Shown here: positions 1 through 10,680 of the stretch, one piece after another
Layout of the letters: each line of letters opens with the position of its first letter
How positions within the stretch are numbered: the stretch's first letter is position 1
DNA from: Nannocystales bacterium
Lineage (GTDB): Bacteria; Myxococcota_A; Polyangia; Nannocystales; Nannocystaceae
Direction: 5' to 3'
Assembly (NCBI GenBank): GCA_050633305.1
Contig: JBOEGF010000027.1
Coordinates: forward strand, 159,403 to 223,402
Length of the DNA: 64,000 bases
Program-made: the position numbers and the translations under genes
The notes under the pieces: model-generated
What the model was told of the DNA's origin: nothing
What the model saw: the letters and a program-made list of their open reading frames with translations, nothing else
Database searches by the model: none

Positions 1-2
1 CG

Positions 3-617
3 GGCGCTCCGAACGACGGTAGCAGGGCGGCGGTGCAGCAAGACCTCGACGAGCGCATTGAGGCCTTGCTCGACCGCACAGGACACCGAGACGCTGTGCG
101 AGCGGTCGAGTTTCGGCATCACGAGGCACGGCTGGCGTGGGTCTCGGAGGACGCGTCGGGGGCGGAGTTGGAGCGCGGCGAAGACTGGATCGAGTTCGAC
201 GAGGACGGATTCCTATCGAGGATTCATATCCTCGCCGGGACGGGAGTCAACGCACCTCCGACCGCCCCTTTCCTCGCATGGCAACAAGCCTGGAACACGC
301 GTGACGACACCTCGCGGGCGCGTGCACTCAACGAAGCCGTCACTGAAGATGTCCGCTTCTCGGACGCCGTGACCGACACTCGAGGACGAGACGCGTTGGA
401 CATCGAGATCGCGCGTCAGCAGGAGCGCCTCGGCGGAGAACTACGCCTCGACGACCGCGTCGAGGTATTCGCGAGCGTGGAGGGCGAGCCCACGCTCGTT
501 CGTGTCTCCGCCGAGCTCGCCTTTCCTACCGGAGGCACGGTCCGTGTCGTCGACTATGTTCGCCTTCGCGACGGACACATCGAACGGCTGTCCGGATTCC
601 CGAGGCGGCCGCACTGA
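3..617 (+). CDS. SnoaL/NTF2-like domain protein, 5'-partial
   Basis: Frame open from the window edge; AWN...AVTEDVRFSD...RGRDAL and C-terminal RLRDGHIERLSGF resemble SnoaL-like folds. Confidence 0.55.
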   Translation, partial: GAPNDGSRAAVQQDLDERIEALLDRTGHRDAVRAVEFRHHEARLAWVSEDASGAELERGEDWIEFDEDGFLSRIHILAGTGVNAPPTAPFLAWQQAWNTRDDTSRARALNEAVTEDVRFSDAVTDTRGRDALDIEIARQQERLGGELRLDDRVEVFASVEGEPTLVRVSAELAFPTGGTVRVVDYVRLRDGHIERLSGFPRRPH

Positions 618-798
618 CGACCGCATTCAGGAGCTCGACGCCGCTCTGTGGGCAAGTGGGCGAGGGTGCATTGGTCACGGGGCCGTAGCCCCGTCTTTGT
701 ATCCCGCGGCTCGGTGAGCGATCGCCGGGCTTCCCCCTCCTTGGGAAGCCCTCCATTGGACAGCCCACCGTCCGTGGCGCAGATTGGCCCGGGTGGGG

Positions 799-1593
799 AT
801 GCTTGAGTTCGTCATCGTCGTCGTAGGAGCAGTCATCTCGGCCGTTCTCTTCGTGGCAGGAGGGGTTCTTGCATCGAAGAGCCCCCGCGAACCGGACGCC
901 CGTGCCAAGCTCCCGGTGGCTTGGCTGCTCGTCGGCGTCGCTGCGGCTGCGGTGGCCCCGGTCGTTGGCTGGGCCATGGCGCCGGGCTGGGTTGCACGGG
1001 TTGCTTCGGCCGTCCCGGGCGAAGTGGTGCTCACGGGCGCCGCAGACCCGGGGGCGGCAGAAGCGTACGCCGTTTTTGCCATCACCATCCTGGCCGGCGT
1101 GCCGGGCCTAGCGTTCGCAGGGTGGCTCGCCGCGTCGAGCCGAAGGTCACCCAGGACTGCCCTCGTCTTCGCCGCCTCGACCAGCCTATGCTGTGCTGTC
1201 GCGGTGATGCTCGCCTGGGAGTTGCACGATGCGATGCTCGCCTCGGTGGTCGACATCAGCTCCCTCGGGACTCTCCCAGACGGCGTTGTGCAGTTCACGC
1301 TCCGCGACGCGGTCCGCAGCAGTGCGAGTCTGAGCCTGGGCCTCGGCGTATGCGGGGCCGCGATCGGAGCCATGACCGTCACGGCCGCCTCCTCGGCGAT
1401 GGGCCTCCGCGTTGCGCTGTGGACAACGGCCGGCCTCCCCTTTGCTGCCGCCCTCATCGCCGCGGTCTCGACCCCCCCGGATCCCAGATCGCAGCTGACG
1501 TTCATGGTGTTCATCGTCGCGGCTTGGCTCCCGGGACTCGGCCTCGGCACCGCGGTTGGGCGTGCGATCTCAAGGCACACGGTTCCCGGCTGA
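799..1593 (+). CDS. Polytopic membrane protein, divergent TatC-like
   Basis: 6-7 hydrophobic segments; IAAVSTPPDPRSQ resembles the TatC TPPDxxSQ motif. Confidence 0.5.
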   Translation: MLEFVIVVVGAVISAVLFVAGGVLASKSPREPDARAKLPVAWLLVGVAAAAVAPVVGWAMAPGWVARVASAVPGEVVLTGAADPGAAEAYAVFAITILAGVPGLAFAGWLAASSRRSPRTALVFAASTSLCCAVAVMLAWELHDAMLASVVDISSLGTLPDGVVQFTLRDAVRSSASLSLGLGVCGAAIGAMTVTAASSAMGLRVALWTTAGLPFAAALIAAVSTPPDPRSQLTFMVFIVAAWLPGLGLGTAVGRAISRHTVPG

Positions 1594-1666
1594 CTCTGCG
1601 AACGATCGTCCCCAGCAGCGGTCCGGCTCACGGGGTGACACCGTGGGTCGGCGCTTCGAAAGCTGT

Positions 1667-2311
1667 TCAGGAGTCCTGCGAGTCGAGGTCGTGCTGGAGG
1701 CGCTGCTCGTACGCATCGTGCTCGACCGCGGCTGGATGTTCGGACAGAAACTCATCCCAACGCGCCTCGAGTTCAGCGGGACTCGGACGTCCCGCCTCCT
1801 GTTCCAAGGTGCGAAGGAACGCATCCCGCTCATCGGCCGAGACACCCGGGGGAAGTCGCAGCTCCACGACCTTTGCGACCCGGAGGCACTCTTTGACGCA
1901 TTCGGCGAATTCCTCTGGGGAGTGGAAGTCGCGAGCCTCAAGATGCAGCTCTCGACCGCCACGGGTCATCATCTGCAGCGTTTGCCCCCCGTCGATGAGA
2001 CGGGCTCCTCCAATGGGGGCCACATTCACGCCGACGAGCGTGGCTTCGTCGGCGAAGACTTCGACCCGACCACGCCTACGACCGAAGCGACCGACGCGCC
2101 ACCGTTTCCACTGACTCACGCCCGAGGCGACACCGACTACGATGAGGAGCCCGAACATGCGGTGGCCAGTGGCGCCGATGAGGACGACACCCATCAGAGC
2201 CATCACGGCACCGAACAACAACGAGACCGGAAACGGCCGTTGCTGCTGGAACCCAAAACAAGCGACCGGTTCCTCGGAAGGTCCACGATACGGGTGAGGC
2301 GACTTCTGCAT
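1667..2311 (-). CDS. Hypothetical membrane protein
   Basis: 214-aa ORF with two N-terminal TM segments and a soluble domain. Confidence 0.6.
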   Translation of the reverse strand: MQKSPHPYRGPSEEPVACFGFQQQRPFPVSLLFGAVMALMGVVLIGATGHRMFGLLIVVGVASGVSQWKRWRVGRFGRRRGRVEVFADEATLVGVNVAPIGGARLIDGGQTLQMMTRGGRELHLEARDFHSPEEFAECVKECLRVAKVVELRLPPGVSADERDAFLRTLEQEAGRPSPAELEARWDEFLSEHPAAVEHDAYEQRLQHDLDSQDS

Positions 2312-2546
2312 TCGGCGATACGGACCGCTCGTATCGTTCCGTCAAACACTACCCGTGTCTACCGGGCCCCGTTTCGGTCACATCGCGATCGGTCGGCGTA
2401 GCGTCGAACAATCCTGGAGCCAACACGGTCGTGGAGACGATCGATGTCCCCTGCGACGGGCTGCAAACGTTCGTCGTCAACGAAACGGGAAAAAGTCGCG
2501 CTACGGATCCAAGGTCTGCGCCTCACTCTCCTTGGACGACCTAGAC

Positions 2547-3401
2547 ATGCGCACAAGATCCATCATTTTCGGAGTTGCCGCCTGCATCTCGAGCCTCGTC
2601 GTAGCGTGCAGCGCGCAGGAACAAACCACGGAGTCTCGCGGGCAAACCTCGCTGGGGAAAGCGGACACGTTGGCAGGCTCGTGTGCTGGGACGCAGGCGC
2701 AAGCGCCCATGTGCGGAGGGGCCGGCAGTGGCCAGTGCTGGTGCGACGAGTTGTGTGCCGAGTATAGAGATTGCTGCGACGACGCGGCCCCCGAGTGTGG
2801 GGTGGACGAGTGTGCCGACGACCAGGACTGCGAGGTCGGCCGCTCGTGCGCTGAGGTGGATGGCGTGCTCGACTGCATCCTCATGCAAAGCTGCGCGGCC
2901 GGAGAGGGGACCATTGCGTGCCCCGCCGGATGGCGTCTGGCGCCCAATGGCACCGGCCAAGCCTTTTGCCTGCGCGAGAACGTGGACCCCGACCAGGCCG
3001 TGTCCGAGTGTGCGGCGATGGAGCTTCCCCCGCACGCCCAGCGCTACTGCGACGACGCGAGCGAGGGCTACTTCGGCTACGTCTGGGACGCATGCCCCGA
3101 GCCAACCGAGGCCGCAGTCGGTTCGCAAGGCGAGCAGCTGTGTGTCATGACCCCCGCCCTGCTCCCGCATGGCTCGCACCAGTACTGCCAGTACGTCGAA
3201 GACGGCTACTTCGGGTTCTACTGGACGCTGACGGACGACCCGGACTACGTGTGCCCCGAGGGCATGCGGCAGTCCGACAATGGAGCCGGCACCGGGTTCT
3301 GCACGATCGGTACCGAGACGATGCCCGGGCCGGTGTTGGCGGCATGCGAAGAGGACGGCGCACGCGTGGGGTTTGCATGGGGAGGTGGGTGCTCTGCGTG
3401 A
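2547..3401 (+). CDS. Cys-rich lipoprotein with somatomedin-B-like domain
   Basis: Signal peptide with lipobox VVAC; CGG..GQCWCDELCAEYRDCCDD; internal repeats. Confidence 0.7.
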   Translation: MRTRSIIFGVAACISSLVVACSAQEQTTESRGQTSLGKADTLAGSCAGTQAQAPMCGGAGSGQCWCDELCAEYRDCCDDAAPECGVDECADDQDCEVGRSCAEVDGVLDCILMQSCAAGEGTIACPAGWRLAPNGTGQAFCLRENVDPDQAVSECAAMELPPHAQRYCDDASEGYFGYVWDACPEPTEAAVGSQGEQLCVMTPALLPHGSHQYCQYVEDGYFGFYWTLTDDPDYVCPEGMRQSDNGAGTGFCTIGTETMPGPVLAACEEDGARVGFAWGGGCSA

Positions 3402-3440
3402 CTGCGAAGCACCTACCGAAGTGATGAGTGGAGCCTTCCG

Positions 3441-4496
3441 ATGAGAGTCATCGGCATTGCGGCGCTTGCCGGGCTGGCACTCAGCGGCCGGTGTCCTACG
3501 CAGGCGGAACAAAAACGCCCAGATCCCCCGAAGCTCGAGACGCCCACTGACGTCCCAGCTCCGCGGCTGCTCCAGGGGCAGGTTCGGCTGACGGGGCACG
3601 CCGAAGCGATCGACCGTGCAGAGATGGACCCGGTTTGTGGCACCGAGGCGTGCGGCAATGCGACGCGCGACACGTGCTTGGCCCGGCACCGGGGCTCCGA
3701 CATCGAGGTGTACGCCGTCGAACCCTGCGATGGGCCAGCACTTGGGGGCGCAAGCTGCGAAGACCTCGGATACCGAGGTGGAGCACTCACGTGTTCTGCC
3801 GACTGCGATTGGGGCTTGTCCGGCTGTGAGCTGTGCGCCCCCGGTGCGTGCACCATTCAGCCAACCGTTGGCGGGTTCGCCGAGGTTCAGGTGTTTTCCG
3901 TGACCCACGAGGAGCAGCGGATCCGCCTGAGCTGGGTCACACGGGAGCACCGCGGCGGGTTGATGCAGAGCTGCGCGTACAGTGCATTCGCGGATGAGCC
4001 CGTCGTGCCGAACGCCGAGACGTGTTCGGTCATCGGATGGCCGCTGTATCCCCACGACGTGGATGTGGACGGCGATGGCCAGTCGGACAAGACGCCAAGA
4101 TCTTGGGGGCGAGCGCAGTGGGGAGCAACGGCCGATGAAGAATGCCGCACCGTCGATATCGGTGCTGCCCAGCTACGCATCCTTCCGCGACAGCCAGCAC
4201 TCCGTGCGTCCGCCCCAACGCCTTTGCTCGGTATGTGGTTCGTCGACGACCAGCCCCACGGCGAGCCGGTTCGCATCGCCAACGACCCGCTGGCTTCCGG
4301 CTGCATCGAAGGCGTGCTCGCCAATCGCTCGTTGGTTGTCGTCTGGCACAGCCCCGCGCACGGATTGGTCACACGCCGACTCGCGCTCCCCGAACTGGCT
4401 CACGAGCAGACACCGGGGGAAGACCGTTCGGGACGGCCGAGCTGCGAGGAAGCTCCGAGCGTCTCGACCCACGCAGAGCAAGGTCGATGCCACTAG
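3441..4496 (+). CDS. Secreted Cys-rich hypothetical protein
   Basis: N-terminal signal; LGGASCEDLGYRGGALTCSADC myxobacterial-type Cys motif. Confidence 0.6.
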   Translation: MRVIGIAALAGLALSGRCPTQAEQKRPDPPKLETPTDVPAPRLLQGQVRLTGHAEAIDRAEMDPVCGTEACGNATRDTCLARHRGSDIEVYAVEPCDGPALGGASCEDLGYRGGALTCSADCDWGLSGCELCAPGACTIQPTVGGFAEVQVFSVTHEEQRIRLSWVTREHRGGLMQSCAYSAFADEPVVPNAETCSVIGWPLYPHDVDVDGDGQSDKTPRSWGRAQWGATADEECRTVDIGAAQLRILPRQPALRASAPTPLLGMWFVDDQPHGEPVRIANDPLASGCIEGVLANRSLVVVWHSPAHGLVTRRLALPELAHEQTPGEDRSGRPSCEEAPSVSTHAEQGRCH

Positions 4497-5167
4497 GTCG
4501 ACCCAAACGAAATCTCGATCCGGCTCTGCAGCGTCCGGAGGAGGCTGCGGCACTCATGCGCTGTCATCGAGGATTTCTCGGTCATCGACGAGACAGCATG
4601 CTCGAGGATGCGTTGACGCGCCGCGCCGATGCGGCGGGACAGGGTGACCCGGTGCACGTTGTAGAACCCAGTCAGCGCCTCGAGCGTGACGCCCTGTCGG
4701 TAGTGCATGTGAAGCAGGAGGCGGTCGCCCTCGGACAGCGCTCGGACGGCACCTCGGAACGCCTGACGGACATCGTCGAGGTAGATGTCCTTGATGGCGT
4801 CTTGCTCGGCCGTTGCGGCCGCAGCCCACCATGCGACCAGAGCGTCCTCCGGGGCTGTCGGCGACTCCGTCTTGCGCCGGTCGTAGTTGGCCAACCGCGC
4901 GCCGACGACCCGAAGCCACCCCCCCAGCGGCCCGCGTCCGTCGTAGGAGGCGAGTCGGCGGTGCCCCTGCGGGTCCGGGTCCAAGATGTGGGTCCAGATT
5001 CGGGCGACGCGCTCGGCAAGCTCGAGGTCGACCCAGCGGATTCGAGCGGCGACGTCCGCGATGAGGCGGTGCAGCGCGTCCTTGGCTGCCGAATCGCCTC
5101 GCAGGCAGGCCTTCGCAAGTCGAAGGTCTGCCTGCTCTCGGTCGGCCTCCGGCTGCTCGTCGCTCAC
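4493..5167 (-). CDS. ECF-type RNA polymerase sigma factor-like protein
   Basis: DLRLAKACLRGD, YDGRGPLGGWLRV (region 2); LSEGDRLLLHMHYRQGVTLEAL...VHRVTLSRRI (region 4); GTG start inferred. Confidence 0.75.
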   Translation of the reverse strand: MSDEQPEADREQADLRLAKACLRGDSAAKDALHRLIADVAARIRWVDLELAERVARIWTHILDPDPQGHRRLASYDGRGPLGGWLRVVGARLANYDRRKTESPTAPEDALVAWWAAAATAEQDAIKDIYLDDVRQAFRGAVRALSEGDRLLLHMHYRQGVTLEALTGFYNVHRVTLSRRIGAARQRILEHAVSSMTEKSSMTAHECRSLLRTLQSRIEISFGST

Positions 5168-5196
5168 CAACTGCAGTATGTTGGATCGGCTCCTCG

Positions 5197-7806
5197 ATGA
5201 CCATGGACCCACCTGATCTGGCCTCCGAAGACTGCCCGGGGGACAACACCTTGGCCGCGTTGGCCCACGGTCGTCAGGACGTGGATGCGACGTTGAGCGA
5301 GCACCTCGCACAATGCGAGTTGTGTCAGGCGCTGTTGGCCGAGCTGCTACGCGACGACTCGGACGAGGGGGGTCGCTACACGATTCTCGAACTGATCGGC
5401 GTCGGCGGGATGGGCCTGGTCGTTCGCGCCCGGGACACGTTGCTCGAGCGAGAGGTCGCACTGAAGGTCTTGCGCTCCGCAGACGGGGTGACGACCGACA
5501 CGCTTCTGTCCGAAGCCCGCGCGCTGGCGAGGATCGAGCATTCCAACATCGTCACGATCTATGACGCCGGGAGACTGCCACGCCTTGAGACGCCGTTCAT
5601 CGCGATGGAGCTGGTGCGCGGGGAGACGCTGCGGGACTGGTTGCAGCACCCGCGCGGCTGGCCAGAGATCCGAGACGTCTTCCTCGATGCCGCGCGGGGG
5701 TTGGCGGCCGCACATGCTGCAGGGATCGTCCACAGTGACTTCAAGCCCGCCAATGTCCTCATGCCCGAAGACGGGAGCCATGCCCGGGTTACGGATTTCG
5801 GGCTCGCGTTTCGGCCCACCGACACCTCGCCTCGCTTCGGCGGCACCCCTCGGTACATGGCGCCCGAGCAGCGGATCGGAGGGGCGAGCATGCTTGCCGA
5901 CCAGTACGCGTTCGGCGTAGCGCTCTACGAGGCGCTGTACGGCCGGCACCCCTGGCGCGTGGATGTGTGCCCGGCCCCCGGCGCCCCCGGCTCGACCCCG
6001 CGGTGGTTGCGTCGCCTCTGTCGGCGTTGCTTGCGGGACGATCCGGCCGCCCGCTATCCGGCGATGGAGGAGATCGTCCGGGCGATGGCGCGAACCCGGT
6101 TTTCACGAGCCGGCATCGGGCTGGCCGGTGTCTGTCTTGCGGCCATCCCCGTCACGCTCCAGGTTGCCGGAGACGAGTGCGCACGGGACATTGCGGAGCA
6201 TCGAGTTCGCTGGAATGAGCACATTCGGCCCGAGCTGGCGCAAGGACTGGAGGGGGACGATTGGGGGCGCGTACGACCTTCCGCCGACCGTTGGGTCGAG
6301 GGGTGGCTCGAGGCGAAGAGCGAAGCGTGCCGCGCGGAAGCTGCACCTGCGGTGCACCGGTGCCTCGCGGGTCGCTGGGCCACCCTGGAGGCACTCAGCC
6401 GCGATCTGAAGGAAGATGCGCCGCAGCGCCAAAGCACTTGGCAGCTCGCGATTCTGACGCTCCCTTCCGTTCGTGCGTGCCGGAGCGCGACCGGGGACGA
6501 CGCATCGGAAGGGCCGGAGGCGGAGCGACTCACACAGTGCGTGCTGTCCATTGCGGAAGGGCGGGCGAGCTTGCTGCTCGGCGACGCTGAAGGCGCCCAA
6601 CAAAGCCTAGAAGAGGCCGTCCTGCTCGCCGAGCGATATGGTTTTGTGGGGATGCAGGCCCGCGCTGAATTGGCGTTGGCCAAGGCGCATTGGCAGCGCG
6701 CCCAGCCCGACGCCGCATTCGAGGCATTCTCACGGGCGGCCGCGCACGCGATCGCTGCAGACCTCCCCAATGTCGGGGCTACCGCGTTGGCGGAGTCGGC
6801 TCGCTTCGTCGCGATATCCCGGCAGGACTTGGATCTGGCCTGGTCCATGCTCCGTCAGGCACGTGCGTTTCCCGGTCACTCGACCCTCACCGCGATCAAC
6901 CTCGACCGCGTAGAGGCGTGGCTTCTTCACTTGAGCGACGACAGTGAGAACGCGATCGCGCTGATGCGAAGCGTCGTCCATCGAACGGAGGCGGGCGCTC
7001 GAGCCCCGTCCCTTGCCAACGTAACCAATCGCGAAGACCTCGCGCTGGTACTCGACCGGGCCGGCCACTCCGACGCGGCGCTGCGGGAGCTCGCACTTGC
7101 CCTTGAGATGCGGGTTGCTCTGCTCGGGCCGCGACACGCCAGCGTCGCCCGAGCGACCGCGATCCGAGCACTGGTTCTGCAGGGGGAAGATCGGCTCGAG
7201 GAGGCGGTCGAGATGCTTGATACGGTTGTCGAGATTCTTCGGGCTTCACAGGGTCCCGACAGCGAGGCCGTTGCGAGCGTGTGCCTTCAGCGTGCCGACG
7301 TTCTCCTCGACCTGGGCCGAGTCCACGACGCCGCGGTCTCGCTCGAAACACCGCGGCGTGTGTACCTGGACGCTTCGGGTCGCGACGCGGTTCGGGCAAG
7401 CTTGACGCGACAGATCGGCGCGCGACTGGCCCGAATGAATGGCGAGCCAGAGCTTGCCCGGACGATGCTGCGTCAGCTCCTCCAAGAGCATCATCCTCCT
7501 CTCTCACCACAGCGCGAGGCGCTGGTACGAAGAGAGCTAGGCCTGGCTTCGCTGGACCTCGGCGAGCCGGGCGAGGCCGTCGAACACCTACGGCGCGCCC
7601 TGGAGGGCGCGGGGATTCGCGACCCCATCGCACGAGGAGAGGTCGCCTTCGCCCAAGCACAAGCGCTTGCGGCCGCGGACCCCTGCGGCACCGAGGCGAT
7701 TGGGATGGCGTTGGAGGCCCTGAAAACACTTCGTAGCGCGACGTCGAGCCGGGCGTCGGACAAGGCCGATGCGGTGTCGCGATGGCTCGAGACGTGCGGA
7801 GCCTGA
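5197..7806 (+). CDS. Ser/Thr protein kinase with TPR repeats and N-terminal HxxxCxxC motif
   Basis: IGVGGMG, VALK, HSDFKPAN, DFG, GTPRYMAPE; TM segment; TPR-like C-terminus. Confidence 0.9.
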   Translation: MTMDPPDLASEDCPGDNTLAALAHGRQDVDATLSEHLAQCELCQALLAELLRDDSDEGGRYTILELIGVGGMGLVVRARDTLLEREVALKVLRSADGVTTDTLLSEARALARIEHSNIVTIYDAGRLPRLETPFIAMELVRGETLRDWLQHPRGWPEIRDVFLDAARGLAAAHAAGIVHSDFKPANVLMPEDGSHARVTDFGLAFRPTDTSPRFGGTPRYMAPEQRIGGASMLADQYAFGVALYEALYGRHPWRVDVCPAPGAPGSTPRWLRRLCRRCLRDDPAARYPAMEEIVRAMARTRFSRAGIGLAGVCLAAIPVTLQVAGDECARDIAEHRVRWNEHIRPELAQGLEGDDWGRVRPSADRWVEGWLEAKSEACRAEAAPAVHRCLAGRWATLEALSRDLKEDAPQRQSTWQLAILTLPSVRACRSATGDDASEGPEAERLTQCVLSIAEGRASLLLGDAEGAQQSLEEAVLLAERYGFVGMQARAELALAKAHWQRAQPDAAFEAFSRAAAHAIAADLPNVGATALAESARFVAISRQDLDLAWSMLRQARAFPGHSTLTAINLDRVEAWLLHLSDDSENAIALMRSVVHRTEAGARAPSLANVTNREDLALVLDRAGHSDAALRELALALEMRVALLGPRHASVARATAIRALVLQGEDRLEEAVEMLDTVVEILRASQGPDSEAVASVCLQRADVLLDLGRVHDAAVSLETPRRVYLDASGRDAVRASLTRQIGARLARMNGEPELARTMLRQLLQEHHPPLSPQREALVRRELGLASLDLGEPGEAVEHLRRALEGAGIRDPIARGEVAFAQAQALAAADPCGTEAIGMALEALKTLRSATSSRASDKADAVSRWLETCGA

Positions 7807-7927
7807 GCGGCCCTCTTGGGGCAGGGTGCGGACGTAGAGGGAAGCCAAGCGCAGTCAACAAGACTGCGCGTAAGACTGGGCCAAATCGGAAATCAGTTTC
7901 CGATTTGGCGCCCCCCAAGCCTCGCCC

Positions 7928-8520
7928 TCATGACGCGCTCCAACCGACGCGCACCGTGTTGCAAAGCTTGTCGGTCGCTCGCGAGAGGAACTCAGTCGTC
8001 TTTTTGCGTCGTTCCGCTGCGGCATCGGGTGCAAGTCCCCAGTCGGGCATGGTCGCGAGGGCGGCGGCGGCGAGTTGGCCGTCGTGCCGGAGCAGGTTTC
8101 CAGGCCAGTCGTCACCGTGCAGGAGCAAGGTCCGGCAGCTCGAAGCTTTGCCCCACGTCGGCAGGGCGCCTCTCCACGAGTCGTTCTTGGGTCGGGACGG
8201 CAGGAAGTCGAGCGCCCCCTGCAACGGGTCTTCGCGCGCAGACAACGCGGGCAATGCGAGCGCAGCCACGTCGAGGTCGTGGAGCTGGCGAAGGAATCCT
8301 GCCGCCTGGTGTCGCGACGACTCGAGGTCCGCGGGCCCGATCGCAGTCGTACCAACGATGTGCTCCAAACAGCCGGCCCGAGTCACCACGACGGTGCGTG
8401 ACTCACCGTCGGGGAGCACGACCTCGAGCGCATCGAGATGAGCCGAGCTCGCGTGCCACCGTCCGAAGCTTGTGGTCGGCAGCGCCGAGCCCCGCAATCC
8501 CCGGCACCCAGACGACGACG
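7928..8520 (-). pseudogene. Degenerate aminoglycoside phosphotransferase (APH)-family gene
   Basis: LLHGDDWPGNLL Brenner-type motif, but the following D-W-E motif is absent; no clear start. Confidence 0.5.
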
Positions 8521-8600
8521 CGGGGGCCATCGGAGCCATCCGCTCGGCCGCCACGACCCACAGGTTGTGAACGGGACCCTCCCGGGGGGATACTCCGGTC

Positions 8601-9305
8601 GTGGACAAGACCTATCCGTCCCCTGAGGCAGCGGTCGAGGACATGACGGACGGCATCACCTTGATGTCGGGAGGCTTCGGCCTGTGCGGCAACCCGGAGC
8701 GTCTCATCGACGCCATCGCTGCCAAGGGCATCACCGCCCTGGACGTCATCTCCAACAACTGCGGCATCGACGACGTCGGCCTGGGCATCCTGCTCGCAAA
8801 AGGCCAGATCAAGAAGATGACCTCGTCATACGTCGGCGAGAACAAGACCTTCGCCGAGCAGTACCTTTCAGGGAAGCTCGAGGTCGAGTTGGTCCCGCAA
8901 GGCACCCTCGCCGAGCGCATCCGGGCCGCGGGCGCCGGCATTGGGGGGTTCTATACGCCGACCGGCTATGGGACTCCTGTCGCGGAGGGAAAGGAAGTGC
9001 GCGAGATCGATGGACGCATGTGCGTGCTCGAGCTTCCGCTGCGGGCCGACTTCGCGATCATCAAGGCCTGGAAGGGCGACACGCACGGCAACCTGGTGTT
9101 CGGCAAGACCGCCAACAACTTCAACCAGGCGATGGCGATGGGCGCCAAGGTCACCATCGCCGAGGTCGAAGAGCTCGTCCCCGCAGGAGAGCTCGACCCC
9201 AACCACATCCACACCCCCGGTATTTTCGTGCAGCGCATCGTCAAGGGCTCGCACTACGACAAACCCATCGAGTTCCGGACCGTCTCGGACCCGGCGTCGA
9301 ACTAG
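8601..9305 (+). CDS. scoA: 3-oxoacid CoA-transferase subunit A
   Basis: GGFGLCGNPE, SNNCG, SSYVGEN, PQGTLAERIRAAGAG. Confidence 0.93.
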   Translation: MDKTYPSPEAAVEDMTDGITLMSGGFGLCGNPERLIDAIAAKGITALDVISNNCGIDDVGLGILLAKGQIKKMTSSYVGENKTFAEQYLSGKLEVELVPQGTLAERIRAAGAGIGGFYTPTGYGTPVAEGKEVREIDGRMCVLELPLRADFAIIKAWKGDTHGNLVFGKTANNFNQAMAMGAKVTIAEVEELVPAGELDPNHIHTPGIFVQRIVKGSHYDKPIEFRTVSDPASN

Positions 9306-9320
9306 AAGGAGCACCGCGCC

Positions 9321-9977
<657 letters not shown>

Positions 9978-9996
9978 CACGCCCGTGCTCGCGGCG

Positions 9997-10632
9997 CTAC
10001 CCCTGCTGGGCGACGAGTTGCCCGCGCAGCCGCTTCGCCCAGCCATCCAGGTCGCTGGTGGTGGTTTGTAGACGGTCCGGGGAGTCCGCCAAGAGCACCA
10101 GTTGTGCGTCGAGCTTCTCGCGGGCCCGCCGTACTCGGCTCTTCACGGTCCCCTCGGGAATTCCCAGCAGGTCCGCCATCTCCTGACTCGTGAGCTTCTC
10201 CCAGTAAGTCAGCTCGAGGACCACCTGCAGGTCGAGCGGAATGTGCCGAAGTGCCTCCAGCAGTAGCCGTTGCTCCTGGTGTTTCGCGATGACCCGGCTG
10301 GGTGTCGGATCGAGATCGTAGACGGACGTCTTGTCAGCATCGAACTCCGTCTCTCGCCGACTCTTGCGACGGTAGTAGTGCAGCAACTCATAGCGTGCGA
10401 TCCCAAAGAGGAACGAGCGGAAACTGGCCGCGTTCTTGAGGCCGCCGACCTTCTCGAGACAGGCCGAAAATGTCGCCTGCACCAAGTCGCCCCGATCCCC
10501 GCTCACCTTGTTGCCGAAGAATCGTGCGATCGCGTCGTAGTAGCGGGCGAAGAGCACCTCGCCGCTGCGCGTGTCTCCCTCCTTCCACAGTCGCAGGAGT
10601 TCGGCATCAGTCGCGGGCGCCCGGTCAACCAC
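9997..10632 (-). CDS. ECF sigma-70 factor
   Basis: DLVQATF, FRSFLFGIAR, IPEGTVKSRVRRAR; start GTG 10632 or ATG 10638. Confidence 0.9.
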   Translation of the reverse strand: MVDRAPATDAELLRLWKEGDTRSGEVLFARYYDAIARFFGNKVSGDRGDLVQATFSACLEKVGGLKNAASFRSFLFGIARYELLHYYRRKSRRETEFDADKTSVYDLDPTPSRVIAKHQEQRLLLEALRHIPLDLQVVLELTYWEKLTSQEMADLLGIPEGTVKSRVRRAREKLDAQLVLLADSPDRLQTTTSDLDGWAKRLRGQLVAQQG

Positions 10633-10680
10633 GCCCATAGTCTAGGGCACGGCTCGGAGGCCGGCTTCCCGCGAAGAGGC

